From: Lingula anatina
Lineage: Eukaryota > Animalia > Brachiopoda
Assembly (NCBI GenBank): GCA_051362555.1
Contig: CM120649.1
Span: 5,828,001-5,892,000 of the forward strand
Reading direction: 5' to 3'
Length of the DNA stretch: 64,000 nt
The notes below the pieces were generated by a model. It was not told the DNA's origin. It saw only the letters and a program-made list of their open reading frames with translations, and searched no databases. This document shows, in pieces, positions 50,116 through 63,095 of this stretch. A program made the position numbers and the translations under genes. Position 1 is the stretch's first letter, and each line of letters opens with the position of its first letter.

Positions 50116-52846
50116 TCAACCTTAGTATGATCCATCTTAGCAGACAGTTTGGGATTGGTTTCATAAAACAGGTTAAGTCCCAAAACTTGTCTAAACATTT
50201 GGACCCCAAATTAAGGCTACTTTAAATTATTTTAACACAAACCAATAGTTGTCCACCTGTATAAAGTAAGTAACCAGTTGGAAACGCCAACAATCCCTCT
50301 CCTGTTATAAAACTGGCACAGCATTTCATCAATTATACTATTACTACCCCAGTACTACCAATTTATCTTCTGTGAAAGTAGACCAACATTTCGCTTGAAA
50401 TGTTAAGAACAGTTTCTGTCTATTTTTATGAATCCACCCCATGGTGACAATAACTCCACCATAGGAGGCCTAAAGTCGCCTTCTGAAAATTTTATTCCAG
50501 TAAAGGCAGTTCCACCATTAAGCAAGGAACAAGACAAACCTTTGATGCCCCATGGGGTGCTAATCAAAATCAGGCGTGAAACAGACAGATGGATGGATGC
50601 ATGAGCGGATGTATAAAGCCCACACATGAAATTCCATTCCGCTGGAACCACGCTGGAAACACGACTTGGGCATTATCCTGCAACCTGACCTCAGAGAACC
50701 CACTGTGCAACTGTGCACCATATAACCAAATCAATGACAAATTAAATTTCGCATCTGGTGGTGCATCACTGGGCCTGTTCCTATAAGATCTAATTCTATT
50801 TGATTCCAATGAGTCATCAGAAGAATATAAGGCCATCCCAGTCTGACTTAAAGTTCAGCATTCAGTATGACATTATATATATTAAAATTATCAAAAAATA
50901 AAATATTCAAAATATAAACAAACCCATGACATGAAAAAAGTTTTAGACACCATACAGCCTGTTTCTAGTGTGTGGATCTGAATCCCTACCTCAGCAAGCC
51001 ACCAGATCTCTACCCATAAGGAGCCAACCTAATCCCCCTATTGTCCCGCCCAGTGCCAACATAGCTATGGCTGAATTCTGAACAGTGGACTAACTAGTCT
51101 GAGGGTCAAATATGGCAACCCATTAAAAAGCTGTCTAATCCATTAATAGACACTATAGATTCCCATATTTGAAGCTGGGACTAATAAGTCCACTGTTCTG
51201 AATGTGGCCTGATGGCTTACTAGTACTGTGCAGAGAAATCAAAATCAGATGGCTGAGATACCATGAACTAAGTTAGGTGAGCCTAAATCCAGAGGAAACA
51301 GACCTTGTAAGAAGTGTCTGTACATTCAGATAGCTGAAGAATGTGTGGCTATGATGCTGAGTAATTGTCCACAAAACAGCAAAATCTTTGCCATTTAGAC
51401 ATTAAACAGCCGTAAAGACCTACAGTAGGTATATACTGATAAAGAGCTACATATACTGTGCACACTTCTCTTTACTGGTAACATTCACAACTCTTTTCAA
51501 ACAAAGATAAAATTGTTTAAAGAAAGCCACATAAACGATGACAATTCTTCATCTGAGATTCAAAACTCCACAATAAATTCATGTGAATAACACGAAAATG
51601 TAATAAACTGCATTTTACAGCCAAAACAGCAGTTCATCATAATATCTGGATATCGCGAGATATTGGACCATCAATAATTGCTACCCTACATAATAATGTC
51701 TTAAGAGATTATTACTAAAAACATACTCTTTTTTTTTTAATCAATCGATTAATTTTAAATGTTGGAACAGATTTATTAACCATGGTAAGAATGGGAAATT
51801 ATCAATTGCCAGAGGAAATTTTGTTTTATGGCATTTTTCATGGCAAAATGAAAAGTTGTCTTCCCTTTAAACTTTGCCAAATTAATGTCTGGGTCATGCT
51901 GAGAATTTCCAAATGTATTCGCTGGAGTATAAAGGCCAATACTTATCACTCAAATCATTTACCTCAGCAATTATAGAAAGATTACAGAGGAATGACTGCA
52001 CATTAGTTTGTATCAACTTCCTGGGTTCAGAGGCATGATTGCAAATTAGTTTGTTCTAACTTCCTGGGCTCAGAACTTTATGATAAGTTTTTTTTTCTAA
52101 TATCTAAAATGTTATTTTCCTCTTTTTTTAATCAAACAGATGTCACCCTTTTTTTTTTTAACCAAACTGCCAAATATGGATTTTCAATTTGAGTAAAAAT
52201 ATGATCTCCCTTACAAGTACTTTTGAATCTCTACTCATCTGGCTTATGGAGAAGCCACATTCCAGCTTTTTACATCCCCCATCATTGCACCATTTCCATG
52301 TAGACTGCTGGCATTTCAGATGTGATAAAACAGACTCTCACTTCAAATGTCAATCTCTTTTTTATTGCTTTTCATGTAGCACCATTAAAAAAACATAGAG
52401 CTGACTATCTGCAGAAATTTAAAGCAACACAAACTGTATCAAATAACCGTATTCCATGATAATTCTTTGATGACAATTAGTATGCACATGAATTGAGAAC
52501 CATCATTATTGGAAAAAATGATATTGTACTCTATGAACAAGTTAATACACAAGGGAAACTATTGTCGCATATATTTTGGAGAATTGCTGCTTGTTGCAAT
52601 AAACAAAATAACGAAATCATTACAGCTAACACTTTATAGCAATTATTGCTCTGTAGTACAGAAATTCATTGTAGTACAGAAATTCATTCCTGGAAAAATG
52701 GGGCAGTTTTCATTAATAACTCCAGAATTTATACCTGTTTAACACCGTTTGACCTTCTCCACCCATCTCCCAACAAAAAGGTCTGATAATAGATCATGAA
52801 AAGATTTCTCAGGCAAATACAACATTTTATTATTCCCAGAGAAGAA

Positions 52847-53269
52847 TGGTTCAGAGACCTGGTCACTGAATGCCTCCATGGAACACAAGCTACAAGTAGC
52901 TCAGAGAAAGATGGAAAGAATTATGTTGAACATCAATCCAAGAGAGCGGAAAACGAATGTATGGTTACGTGAACAGACCAAAATTAAGGACGTACTGCTC
53001 ACAGTTAAAGAAATGAAATGGAGGTGGGCAGGACATGTCAAAAGAATGAAGGACAATAGGTGGACAATCAGGCTTACAGAATGGACCCCAAGGTATGGAC
53101 AAAGAAAAAGAGGAAGGCCGGTCAAACGATGGAGGGATGAATTAGATGACTACTGGAAGTCTTGGAAGAAGAAACCTTGGCCAAACTGGAAATCTGAGGC
53201 TCTGGATAGGAAACAATGGAAAAAGCATGCTGAGGCCTTTGTCCAACAGTGGAACACTATAGGCTCTAA

Positions 53270-53302
<33 letters not shown>
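52847..53302 (+). mobile_element. 5'-truncated RTE-clade LINE
   Basis: GSETWSL...QRKMER...KWRWAGHV...RGRP.KRW C-terminus; (TGA)n tail; TSD AGAGAAGAA at 52838 and 53303. Confidence 0.92.
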
Positions 53303-53303
<1 letters not shown>

Positions 53304-54874
53304 GAGAAGAAATGTATTGCAAATTAGATAATTGTTTCTGAAGTCACTATTAGAGCGCAGTCAGGACAATGGACTAACAGATCCGTAAATCAAATAAGGC
53401 GACCCACTAAAAAGTTTGCCACTTAATTAGTTCCCAATTAGACACTGAATAGATTATGCAACAAGTATTCAAGTGGGTCAGCCATATTTGATCTGTGGAT
53501 CTAGATCTGTTAGTCCGCTGTTCTGAATGTGTTCTATGATGTCTATCTGCCTTAAGTGGCCAGCATGATATTTTAACCATATGATATGTCAAAGCTGCCT
53601 CCCAGGTAAAAACAGGTAAATTCTCTTGAGTAAGATTAACTTTTTTTATGGCCTTTACACAATGGGCAATGAAAAACCTATTTAACAGTAAAAGCCCATT
53701 GCCATGACCAGCTTCCTCCTGAGAGGGTAATTGCTCTCTGTAAAGTTTCTAACTGTCCTCTTCATGTGATGAGACAAAGGGTGCATTCAGATTCACACAA
53801 TGTACTAGCTGGGTCAGTCCAACTCTGCAGGGGATTCTCACTAAAGTGCAATCAGTGCTATCAGTTTAATGAGCACACAATAATTAACCACCCCTTGCTG
53901 CTCAAAGAGGCGTGCCAGACAAATACTAAGCTGTTTCCACTGATTTGGCGAGAATCCCCGGAAGAGTTGGACCGGCCCAGCTAGTATGATATGTGAATCT
54001 GAATGCGGTCTTAGATATATTACACAAGGACCGCAAATGTGAGAGGGGAAAGAGGTGGGGTTAAGAGCCTAAGTGATCTCCAATCAGAAAATCTATACTC
54101 TTTTTGCTATAACCTTCTTGATTGCAGCTCGATCATCTCTGGGTTGCTGGCAATTTATTTGGTTTTGGCATTAGACTTTTTAACTGACTAACATTAAGTA
54201 ATTTATACCATGGCTTTCTGAGAGGGAAACCAGATGCCAAAAAGTGATGTTATCTTGAAAGGTTATTTTCCAGGCAGAAGCAAAACAAGACACAAAAACT
54301 GAACAGGGTCCAAAATGTTAGCATGCAAATCTACAGGTTGTAGGCAGAGAACTGGTGAGACTATGGTAGGAAAACAGCTATAAATCAACAGGCTGCAAGG
54401 GCCTCTCACACAAATGATGTTTCTGGACATAGATTAGATGGCTAAAATTGACTGACTTTTGGGGTCTATAAGTACAAAACAATGGACATATTAGGATATA
54501 TAGCTTATACTGTTAATCCCTGATAGTCATCTGTGTTACACCAAAATTCACAATTTTATGTGATCTTCACAAATTCCAATGTAAATGATAAAAAAATAAG
54601 ACTTTAACATCAAATCTTATAATAAAAATTGATATAAAATGTCAACCATTCTTTTCTTTTTACAAAAGACAGGTAATGCTTTATTGGAAAGACTACCACT
54701 GATTTACCCTATATCAGAGTAGGCTAAGAAATTCATTTGGTTTACAAGATAAAACCAATTTTGTGTAGGTCTCGGGTCTTCAGAGTAACCAGAGCCCCAT
54801 TAACAAGGACAAGAACCTGTGATTAAGGCCTACACACACTACAGGTAAGGGTACAGAGCATTTTTTACATGTAA

Positions 54875-55135
54875 CTCCATGACAGATGGCTTGACCACAG
54901 GTGAATATATGACAGGTGACTTCATGATAAGTGACTCTGTGACAGGTGACTTAACAAGTGACTCTGTGACAAGTGACATCATAAGTGACTTTGTGACAAG
55001 TGACTCCACAACAAGTGACTCTGTGACAAGTGACTCCACGGCAAGTACTAGTAACTCTGTAGCAGGTGACTCCACAGCAAGTTACTCAAAGACAAGTGAC
55101 TCCTTCACAAGTAGCCCCTTGACAGGTGACTGCAT
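54875..55135. repeat. 15-bp minisatellite TGACAAGTGACTCTG
   Basis: About 17 degenerate units. Confidence 0.85.
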
Positions 55136-56559
55136 GAACATGGGCCAGAATGAAACAATGCATGATAATGACTGGTATTATCATTTAAGGGGAAATTCAC
55201 ATCGTCATTAAAGAGAAGAAAAAAAGTTCAACTTCTTCAAGTAAATTATCTGGTTTAATATATCAATTAACAAATTTTACTGATAATTAACACTGGTGTT
55301 TCTCCCATTGAAGCTTATCTGGTTTATATGTCTATTTACAGGCATTTAATGGTGATACTGCTGGCACCTCCTGATAATATTACATACAATATATATGTCA
55401 TCAAAGTTTCATGTTAAATTTAGTGATTTTTGGTGAATTTTGGTAATTACAGGGCAGGGTCAGAAATGACCTGCCGTGGCACACAGAGTCAGAGATGACC
55501 TACCACACACATCTCCAGCATCATTTTGATAATTACAGGGCAGGGTCAGAAATGACCTGCCATGACAAATATTTAGCATTTAACTTGAAATACAGGTCCG
55601 TAACACTGGCTGGGCACAAGTTGAAGGGACATGTTGTCGCCCTTACAGTTATCTTAAATGTATCTCTTTGATCATAGGAATGTCTTTGATATTTGTGTAT
55701 ATAATCCCCTGTATCCTCACAGAGGGACAGAGGGACAGGGAGAGAGATAGAATAAAGTCGGTGGCAACAGAAAATCTTGTTGTTGGTTATTGCTGATCCC
55801 TCAGTCTTCCACTGATACTGAAGTTCAACTCTGATAAAAATATATATCAAAATTCAACATCATGCATGACGAAATACTGAAAAAAGTTCAGTTGAGGAAC
55901 AGAAAAAATCTGTTTTTGATTTTATTCATGAATAAATTATCAATTACTGCTGTCTGTCAATACTGGTACACTGAACATGGCTGCTACACAGGTATTTAAC
56001 ATTTAACGAGGAATTCAGCAGGAACTAGATAGGCCTAAATGTCAGGTACAACACCCACCCATAGCATATTTAGTTTCATACCAAGCTCATTAATTTTCCC
56101 AATGAGAACCACCAGCAGTGGTGCGAGGCAATGTTTTTCAAGGTATTTCTAATAAACATGCTCTCTCTCTCTCTCTTTTTCTCCCCCCCCCCTCCCCTAA
56201 TAACAAGTGGTGTTAATATAAACATTCCATTCATCAAGTAAGAATGAGCAAGCACACAATGCCAGTTCCAACAATTATGATATCATATTTCATATATATA
56301 TTCTACAGTACTGTATATCATTGCCTACCTAATAATTCATGATTGAACCAGTTTTTATCATAAACTGCTGATGATTACTCACTTTAGCTAGAGTGAGGAA
56401 AACGAAAAGCCATCAATGATTTATATTTTAAATGATACAATCAGGCAGGCATTTTCCATCATTAATTCACATACCACTAATAATTATAAATTGGGCAAAC
56501 AATTTTAACCATTTGTGTAAAAATAATATTATTTAAAAAGTTCCACAAGATACAACCAG

Positions 56560-56609
<50 letters not shown>

Positions 56610-57385
56610 TTTATAGAAGCAATTATAAGCTCTAAGCTTTAATTTCTAAACACAAGCCTAAGGATAGATCAATACATACGCCAGGGAGGCTGGATACCCA
56701 CAGACTATGGCTGATTTGGTTCCTAAACCTCAGCAATTCCCTATGCAGATTATACACAACACTCTCAAGGAATTAACTCAAGGTGAAGTCAGATTAGGGC
56801 ACTTTATGGCGTGTTTCCAGTGAAGTAAGGTCGACCTTCCTTGGACAGCATAAAAAAAAACATTATTTACATGACTGGTAATTCATAAATCACAAGATGG
56901 AAGTTCAACATTCCCACTTTATTTAGGTGCTTATCCATATATCTACTGTGCTAGTGGCACTTCATCTTTCTTTTAATTCTGTTTTTTTTTTTCTTTAACC
57001 TTAAACACTTTTTATTTATTTATCCATCTTATTCATTTATCTATATTTTGTCTTCTCTCTGCTCAAATCACAGTTACAGAATATCCTGACAGACTGAGAT
57101 TAGTCCTACTGTGTGATCTGGCACCACATCCATCACTGATTCCCAAGCGAATCACATCTCCAATGAAACATCCAGAGTATTCAATTATGTCTTTGCTACC
57201 TTAGAAGATCTATAAAGGCAACCCCACCCCAACCCCACCCCTCTTCTTCGAATTCAGTTATCACTTTTAAGTTTCAAAATTGTTTCGTATGCAACCGCTC
57301 GTAACCAAAAGTTCACCTTTAGAAATTCAGAAAATGAAAACAAAAAGGATTACAGCTCCATGTTCCCTTCATAAATTCAGTTATG

Positions 57386-57422
<37 letters not shown>

Positions 57423-58321
57423 AAATATAGAGAGTAGAAGCTTAGGGGGAGCATAAATAAAAACATCCAAATATCTGGATTTCTCGATAAATCCAGTGGG
57501 GTAATATAATTATCCAGACTCGTACATATGTACCACATTTTGTTTCACATACCAGGCTATGTTATGAACAATATCACATTCATGCAATCCATATTACACA
57601 TATACACAGTAACCATAATACGATATGAACAATAGTGCATGTGAAATTCAATATATACATACTGGTATAAACATAGTTACTAAAATAAGCAATCGACTGG
57701 AACTGATCAATAAATATCTATATACTTTCAATTACGATACTGACATATTACTTAATATATTTATTACTCAATGTATATAACTGTCAAAATATTGACAGCA
57801 TCAATTTTATTCAAAGCAATGTTTTGTTGGTAAAAACTGAAAAAAGTGCTATTTTTAGGTTCTGAAAGAGGAGAGGGTTCATATGATAGACAGCATGTCT
57901 TAATTTGTGAGTAACAGAAGGCAATAAAGATTTTAAAGAATAATTAGCTGAGATAGTGGAAGAGCTGTGTATTTTTTCATATTTAAAAATCTTGTTGTTA
58001 CTATAAAAAGGAACCTTAGCCTTGGGACTGACTTCACAAAAGAACTATTTTAGACTGCACCTTGGTGTAAACAAAACAGCAATCGAAAAAGGGAAAATTT
58101 TGACGTCCCAATATAATACTGTGAAATGAGGAACTCATAACCCCCCCCCCCCCCCCCAAAAAGAAAAAAAAAATCTGCACAGTTAATATCTACGTTTTCT
58201 ACACTGTCGATACCTATAGTCGCACACTCAACTTCACAGGCACATGTAACCACCAGAGTACACCACCATAACGCAAGAAACCCATTGTAAAGTGTAGATT
58301 TACTCATGCGATGAAACTTAC

Positions 58322-58480
58322 CTGAAATACTTGAAACAGAGTGGGAAAGAACTTCAAGTAGCGAACTTCGCCTATTGAAAACCACTGCAACTAAATTCCA
58401 GTTTGTTTCAGTTGCTACCAAATCATTCGGATTATCCAGTTATCCAATCATCTTATATGTATGCAACAGAGTTTCCAGGT
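58322..58480 (-). promoter_or_regulatory. Candidate first (non-coding) exon and promoter of the NHE gene
   Basis: Perfect CAG|GTAAGT donor at 58321 inside a locally CpG-retaining segment (about 58.2-58.7 kb) with CCAATC and GACGTAA motifs; no other host CDS between here and 27786. The 5' limit is a guess. Confidence 0.45.
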
Positions 58481-59035
58481 TCTACCTCAGATATGAAGAC
58501 GTAAGCTACATACATGCTTAGTTGTGTTACGACTTCCCCAAACAAACTTGACCTCGCCTCGCGCCAAGGTCAGTCGCTTAGTGCACAGAAAAATGCTTGC
58601 ATTGGAATGCGGTAGCTGAGTTCAAATGCGAACACATTTGATGATACAAGTTTTCGCTTGGGTGTCTCAGGTTTATATGAAATTGCGTTTTTTTTCTTGT
58701 GAAAACATGTGTTCTATTTATTTTCTATTTGAAAAAAAAATCATCTAAATAAAATTGAAGAACAGCATCAAACCAATGAAGAAATTAGAAAATGTTTTTC
58801 AAATTCGCATAACTTTATCTTTTGGTTATATTATAGGCCTACCCACTATTAACTTTGGGAATGTGCATCTCCTTGAGCGCCATTTATAAAAGCTTCATGT
58901 GGGGCCTACCTTTCTGTCCCTACCTTTTTCTATCAAAAGTTAGGATCAAAAGTTTGTGAAGTGCCAAAATGTTCACGACTCCCTTAAGATAGTCCATTTA
59001 TTATTTATTTATTTATTAAAATAGTTTATTTATTT

Positions 59036-59088
<53 letters not shown>

Positions 59089-59272
59089 TTTGGGGGGATT
59101 GTGTGCTATATTATTCTAATAAATCAACTACTGGTAGTTTTCAATATCTGCAATTATTACTGATTAAGAAAACAGTTCACATATTGGCTAATCACAATCA
59201 ATATTATTCCGTTTATATATTAATCTATTTATAAAATTATCAAATAAATAAATTTTTGGTTAGGGTGTTCAT

Positions 59273-59348
<76 letters not shown>

Positions 59349-59861
59349 GTCACGAATCCGCTGGTGTCCGGTGGGGAGAAGTGATTCTGTGATGACCAGG
59401 GCCACTGTTAGCTGTGCAATCCATACACACGTATCTGCCATTGGAAACGTAGGTACTCCGAAAATGCAAATTTACTAGACACAGGTTCAAACAAACTAAT
59501 GAGCAATTGCTCCAAAAATAATACGAACATTCACACTTTTTATGTACCGATCATTCAAACATAAAGATATAAACGTAAATTGAAGTATAAAGGCGTGATT
59601 ATTTTTGCATGGTACTAGAAAATGTGTGAAGCACTAGTCAGTTTTCCCGATATATCCAATATTAAAGTATCTACCAACTAGTTGTGCTTCCCTTGTTAAG
59701 CTTCCAATGCAATGTAAGGATTGTTTGTTCTGTTTTGTTTGTATTTTCAGTTCTAGTTAAATACATAATGCATTCAAGTAGGCCTAAATCCATTAATCCA
59801 TCGTCACGTAGCTGCATGGACTTTGTATTGAAACGTAACATCGTGAATGAAAGGCATTATT

Positions 59862-60603
59862 TCAATTCATATGGGGAAAGTTTTCGTCCAAGTCATTCAT
59901 AAACGATGGGTCGTTGTCAACGTCTATATAAAAGGCGTGTTTATTCACGGAAATATGCACGGGGTTGGACGATTTTGGAACTACTGTAATGTTTCTATCC
60001 ATAGCGTATCTTAACAAAACCGTGGCAGGACTTGTACGATATTTCCTAGCAGCTGTCAAAACCCTTGGGTTATCGAAAAATGGGTTACTTTCTGGATATC
60101 CTTCGTCAAGCCACTTAAAACCGAGCACGCTATGAGCCATAAATTGTATTCCATGCTTGGTGCAAAATTTGCGCAACTTTGTGTTTCTTTTTATCAAGTC
60201 AAACCTAGCTTGAAGAACGGAGACTGGAACTGTGGCTTTTTGTAACAGTTCTTTCAATTGCGATATTTTAAAATTACTGACTCCAATAGAACGAACAGTT
60301 CCCGTTTGGTTCAGTTCTTCCAGTGCTTCCCAAGATTCCTGCCACGTGCCTCTTTTCTCGTCTGCTTCACACTCGAATCCTTGTGTGTCACAAGATGGCG
60401 CTTTAATGAGAACCAGGTCGATGTAATCTGTCTTCAGGCGGTTCAGCGATCTTTCGATTGACTTTTTAGTTGCGTCTTTACCCAAATGTTTTGGATGAAC
60501 TTTAACAATTATAAAAACCTCTTCGCGTCTGCAATATGGATTCTGGGCTAAAATGGAACCAAGAGCCGCTTCGCTCTCATCTTCTGGATCTGTGTCAAAT
60601 AAC
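59862..60603 (-). CDS. JmjC/cupin-AKR fusion, terminal exon, aldo-keto reductase barrel
   Basis: LFDT...REEVFIIVKV...SLNRLKTDYIDLVLI...SIGVSNF...VVPKSSNP; stop TGA at 59862-59864. Confidence 0.95.
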
Positions 60604-60853
60604 CTGACAAAAATATGATATTAAAATGAATATAAATGTATATTAAGTAAGGTATGTGCATGGGTAAAAATATAGAGAAGGATCACTAATTTATTTACTC
60701 TATGATTTTTGAAAGTGGGTTTGTGAAAATTTAAAGTCATTAGCTCCTGTGCTTTGTAGCATGCGGTAAATAGATCATGTCTCGACCTCACCTGATCACA
60801 AATATAAAAATATACACTGATCATGCTGTGTTTAAACAGTAATTTTGTTTCAC

Positions 60854-60938
60854 CTGTAGCCGACTTTCAGCGCGTGTGGTATAGCTGTTTGCGCATCTTT
60901 GTGAGGCATTCCGCCGAGACCAAGACCCAACATCGGCA
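60854..60938 (-). CDS. JmjC/cupin-AKR fusion, AKR exon MPMLGLGLGGMPHKDAQTAIPHALKVGYR
   Basis: 'MPxLGLG...AL..GYR' AKR motif; phase 1 to 2. Confidence 0.93.
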
Positions 60939-61486
60939 CTAGAATTAAATTTTACAAAATTAAAAAAAAAAAAAAAAAAAAAATCATAAACTGATTATAC
61001 AGTGTTGCAGTACCGTGGTGTGCAACGTATGACCCCCACAAAGTTCAATGCGAGAGAATAGGTGTATTTTGTACCAAAACCACAGGGCTCGTCTTCTCAT
61101 ATTAAATTCAGTTTAGCTTTTCGGGTGTTTTTGTCTTCATCATTTACAAAAATGATAAGTTTATGGTATAAGAATGATAATTGGTTAAGTATATGTATTT
61201 GTTTAAACTTTTCACCTATGTATGAAAAGCCTTTCAAAGTACAACGTAATATAATATGCTTATTTTGAAAGTTTTTTGAAAGCTTATTTTGAACTCATCG
61301 CGCAGTCGTGCCTTCTTCAGCACAAATTGATGAGGTGAATGTTATAAATAAAATTATCTAAATGCCTCGCTGGCCCTAGATTATCCTTATTTTGTAAGAG
61401 TGTCTCATATCCCACTTTTGTATGTTCAGATTAACATATTCTAAACACAATATGATTTGGACCCGCTGCATCACAACTGTACATAC

Positions 61487-61627
61487 TTTCATATCCACTC
61501 TTCAATAAAAAAGGGTCGGTTTCTTCTTTCTCGTTCCACTGTTCCATAGCTGGCGGAGTGAGATACGGATACTTGGTTAGTACTTCTCTCACGGTTAAGT
61601 CCTCCATCCGAATATTGCACTCCAATT
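61487..61627 (-). CDS. JmjC/cupin-AKR fusion, linker exon ending in the AKR N-terminus (FLLKSGYE)
   Basis: TAG/GTATGT, 141 nt, phase 1 to 1; 'L.SG.xMP' is the start of the AKR fold. Confidence 0.88.
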
Positions 61628-61973
61628 CTAAGGAAAGCAAGCACAATTTATGATTCTCGGTAAAAAGAAAGCATGTTTTATTAATGATTTTATCATGTAA
61701 TTGTTTTCACTTTTGAATTATGAAAAGGTCATCAAAATATATTTTAAAAAGCACCAAATTTATGCAGTTTCCGATAAGTACCAACCAGCTTGCACGTTCA
61801 TGTCAGTGCTTATCACAAACCTTTAATAGGAGTGCTAACGCATGAATTTCGTGCTGAGATTAAACATATAGTAATCACGTAATCAAACAAGAACGGTTCC
61901 TCTATTTTACCCAATTTTACCAAATTTTCGAATGTATCACAAATAAAAAGAATAATATATTTCACAACCACAC

Positions 61974-62240
61974 CCGTTGGTTTCTGCTCTCGGAGTTTAA
62001 TGCAGCTTTCAATGTACTCCGCATCGTTGGAATCTGGACATTCCCACATACACCACAGGAAATTGATGAACACCGCCACGGCGATGTTGGGAGCGCCCCC
62101 TTTTGTTCGCACTTGGTGGAACCAGCCCTCGGGTACATATATGATATCCCCGGCCTCAAGTGTGGTATTATAGATGACGATTTTTGAAACATCAGGGAAT
62201 TTGGTCAAGTCCACCGCCTCCTGGTTTACTGGAGAAATAC
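61974..62240 (-). CDS. JmjC/cupin-AKR fusion, exon carrying the distal His (LEAGDIIYVPEGWFHQV)
   Basis: 'VDLxKFP...L.xGD.lY.P.gWxHxV' JmjC signature; 267 nt, phase 1 to 1. Confidence 0.93.
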
Positions 62241-62438
62241 CTGGAAATGGGATATACGTCAATAGTGAACTTTGATAATAATTACATAAAAATGACATAA
62301 CATATCATTAATAATAACGTTGCTTGCGAAAGATGACAATAATAATTATTATTGTTAACATAAAAGAAAAAGAGCACAGTCCCTTGTAAACCGCGAAGAT
62401 ATGCCTCGGTTTATTTAATATAAAATATAACATAATAC

Positions 62439-62482
<44 letters not shown>

Positions 62483-62495
62483 CAAAATGGTGTAC

Positions 62496-62661
62496 CATTA
62501 TGAGGTTCGAAGTCATCAGTATACAGGTATTTGCCGTCGCGGGGGGTAGTAAGGATCCAGTGACGCCCACCCACCACCTGGGCGAAGATGGTTTCCGTGA
62601 CGTCAAGATGAATGTCGGTGCTCGACCACCCGGCGTTGAAGAACATAGCTACTTGTTTCAG
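62496..62661 (-). CDS. JmjC/cupin-AKR fusion, exon carrying HxD (STDIHLDVTETIFAQVVGGRHW)
   Basis: TAG/GT, 166 nt, phase 0 to 1; JmjC 'T-x-x-H-x-D...Q-V-x-G-x-K/R-x-W' pattern. Confidence 0.92.
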
Positions 62662-62989
62662 CTAAAATTAAAAAAGTTTCCAAATATGTAATAATGATCG
62701 CAACCATGATTATGTTGCAAATGCTCAAAACCGATGGAGGGCAAGGATTTTTCTTAATTTTAATAATAATCATAAACGCTGGCCTAGGTGTTAAAGACGC
62801 TGCCGTGTTTAACTAATATATTTTAGATCTTATAAGCGTTGTGTTTAAAAAAAAACACAACTATATTTTAATAAGTTTATTTTGTTGCGTCATGATGTTG
62901 GTCAACCGAGTCAAACAGAACGAAAATGAGGAATGGTCTATATTTCAATAGGAAATATTCAATATTTTAACGCTTCATTCTCAACCTAC

Positions 62990-63095
62990 CATTTTCAGCA
63001 ACCCTTCACAAGCGACAAAACCCGGGAATGTGAGATCTTCAGCCATCTCTGGACTGATAGTGGAGTCCATATAGATCTTTTCCTTCCTATATGTA
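62990..63095 (-). CDS. JmjC/cupin-AKR fusion, exon TYRKEKIYMDSTISPEMAEDLTFPGFVACEGLLKM
   Basis: CAG/GTAGGT, phase 2 to 0; resembles the pre-core segment of cupin_8-type JmjC proteins. Upstream exons were not resolved. Confidence 0.85.

Noticed and set aside
50403-50836. Overlapping ORFs in a slightly GC-richer patch
   Set aside because: No recognisable domain or consistent splice sites; an alternative exon cannot be excluded but is unsupported.
54839-55211. Ser/Thr/Asp-rich mucin-like ORFs on both strands
   Set aside because: A 15-bp minisatellite keeps frames open by periodicity; no supporting splice structure.
59684-60461. Plus-strand ORFs over the AKR exon
   Set aside because: Antisense shadows of the real minus-strand CDS.
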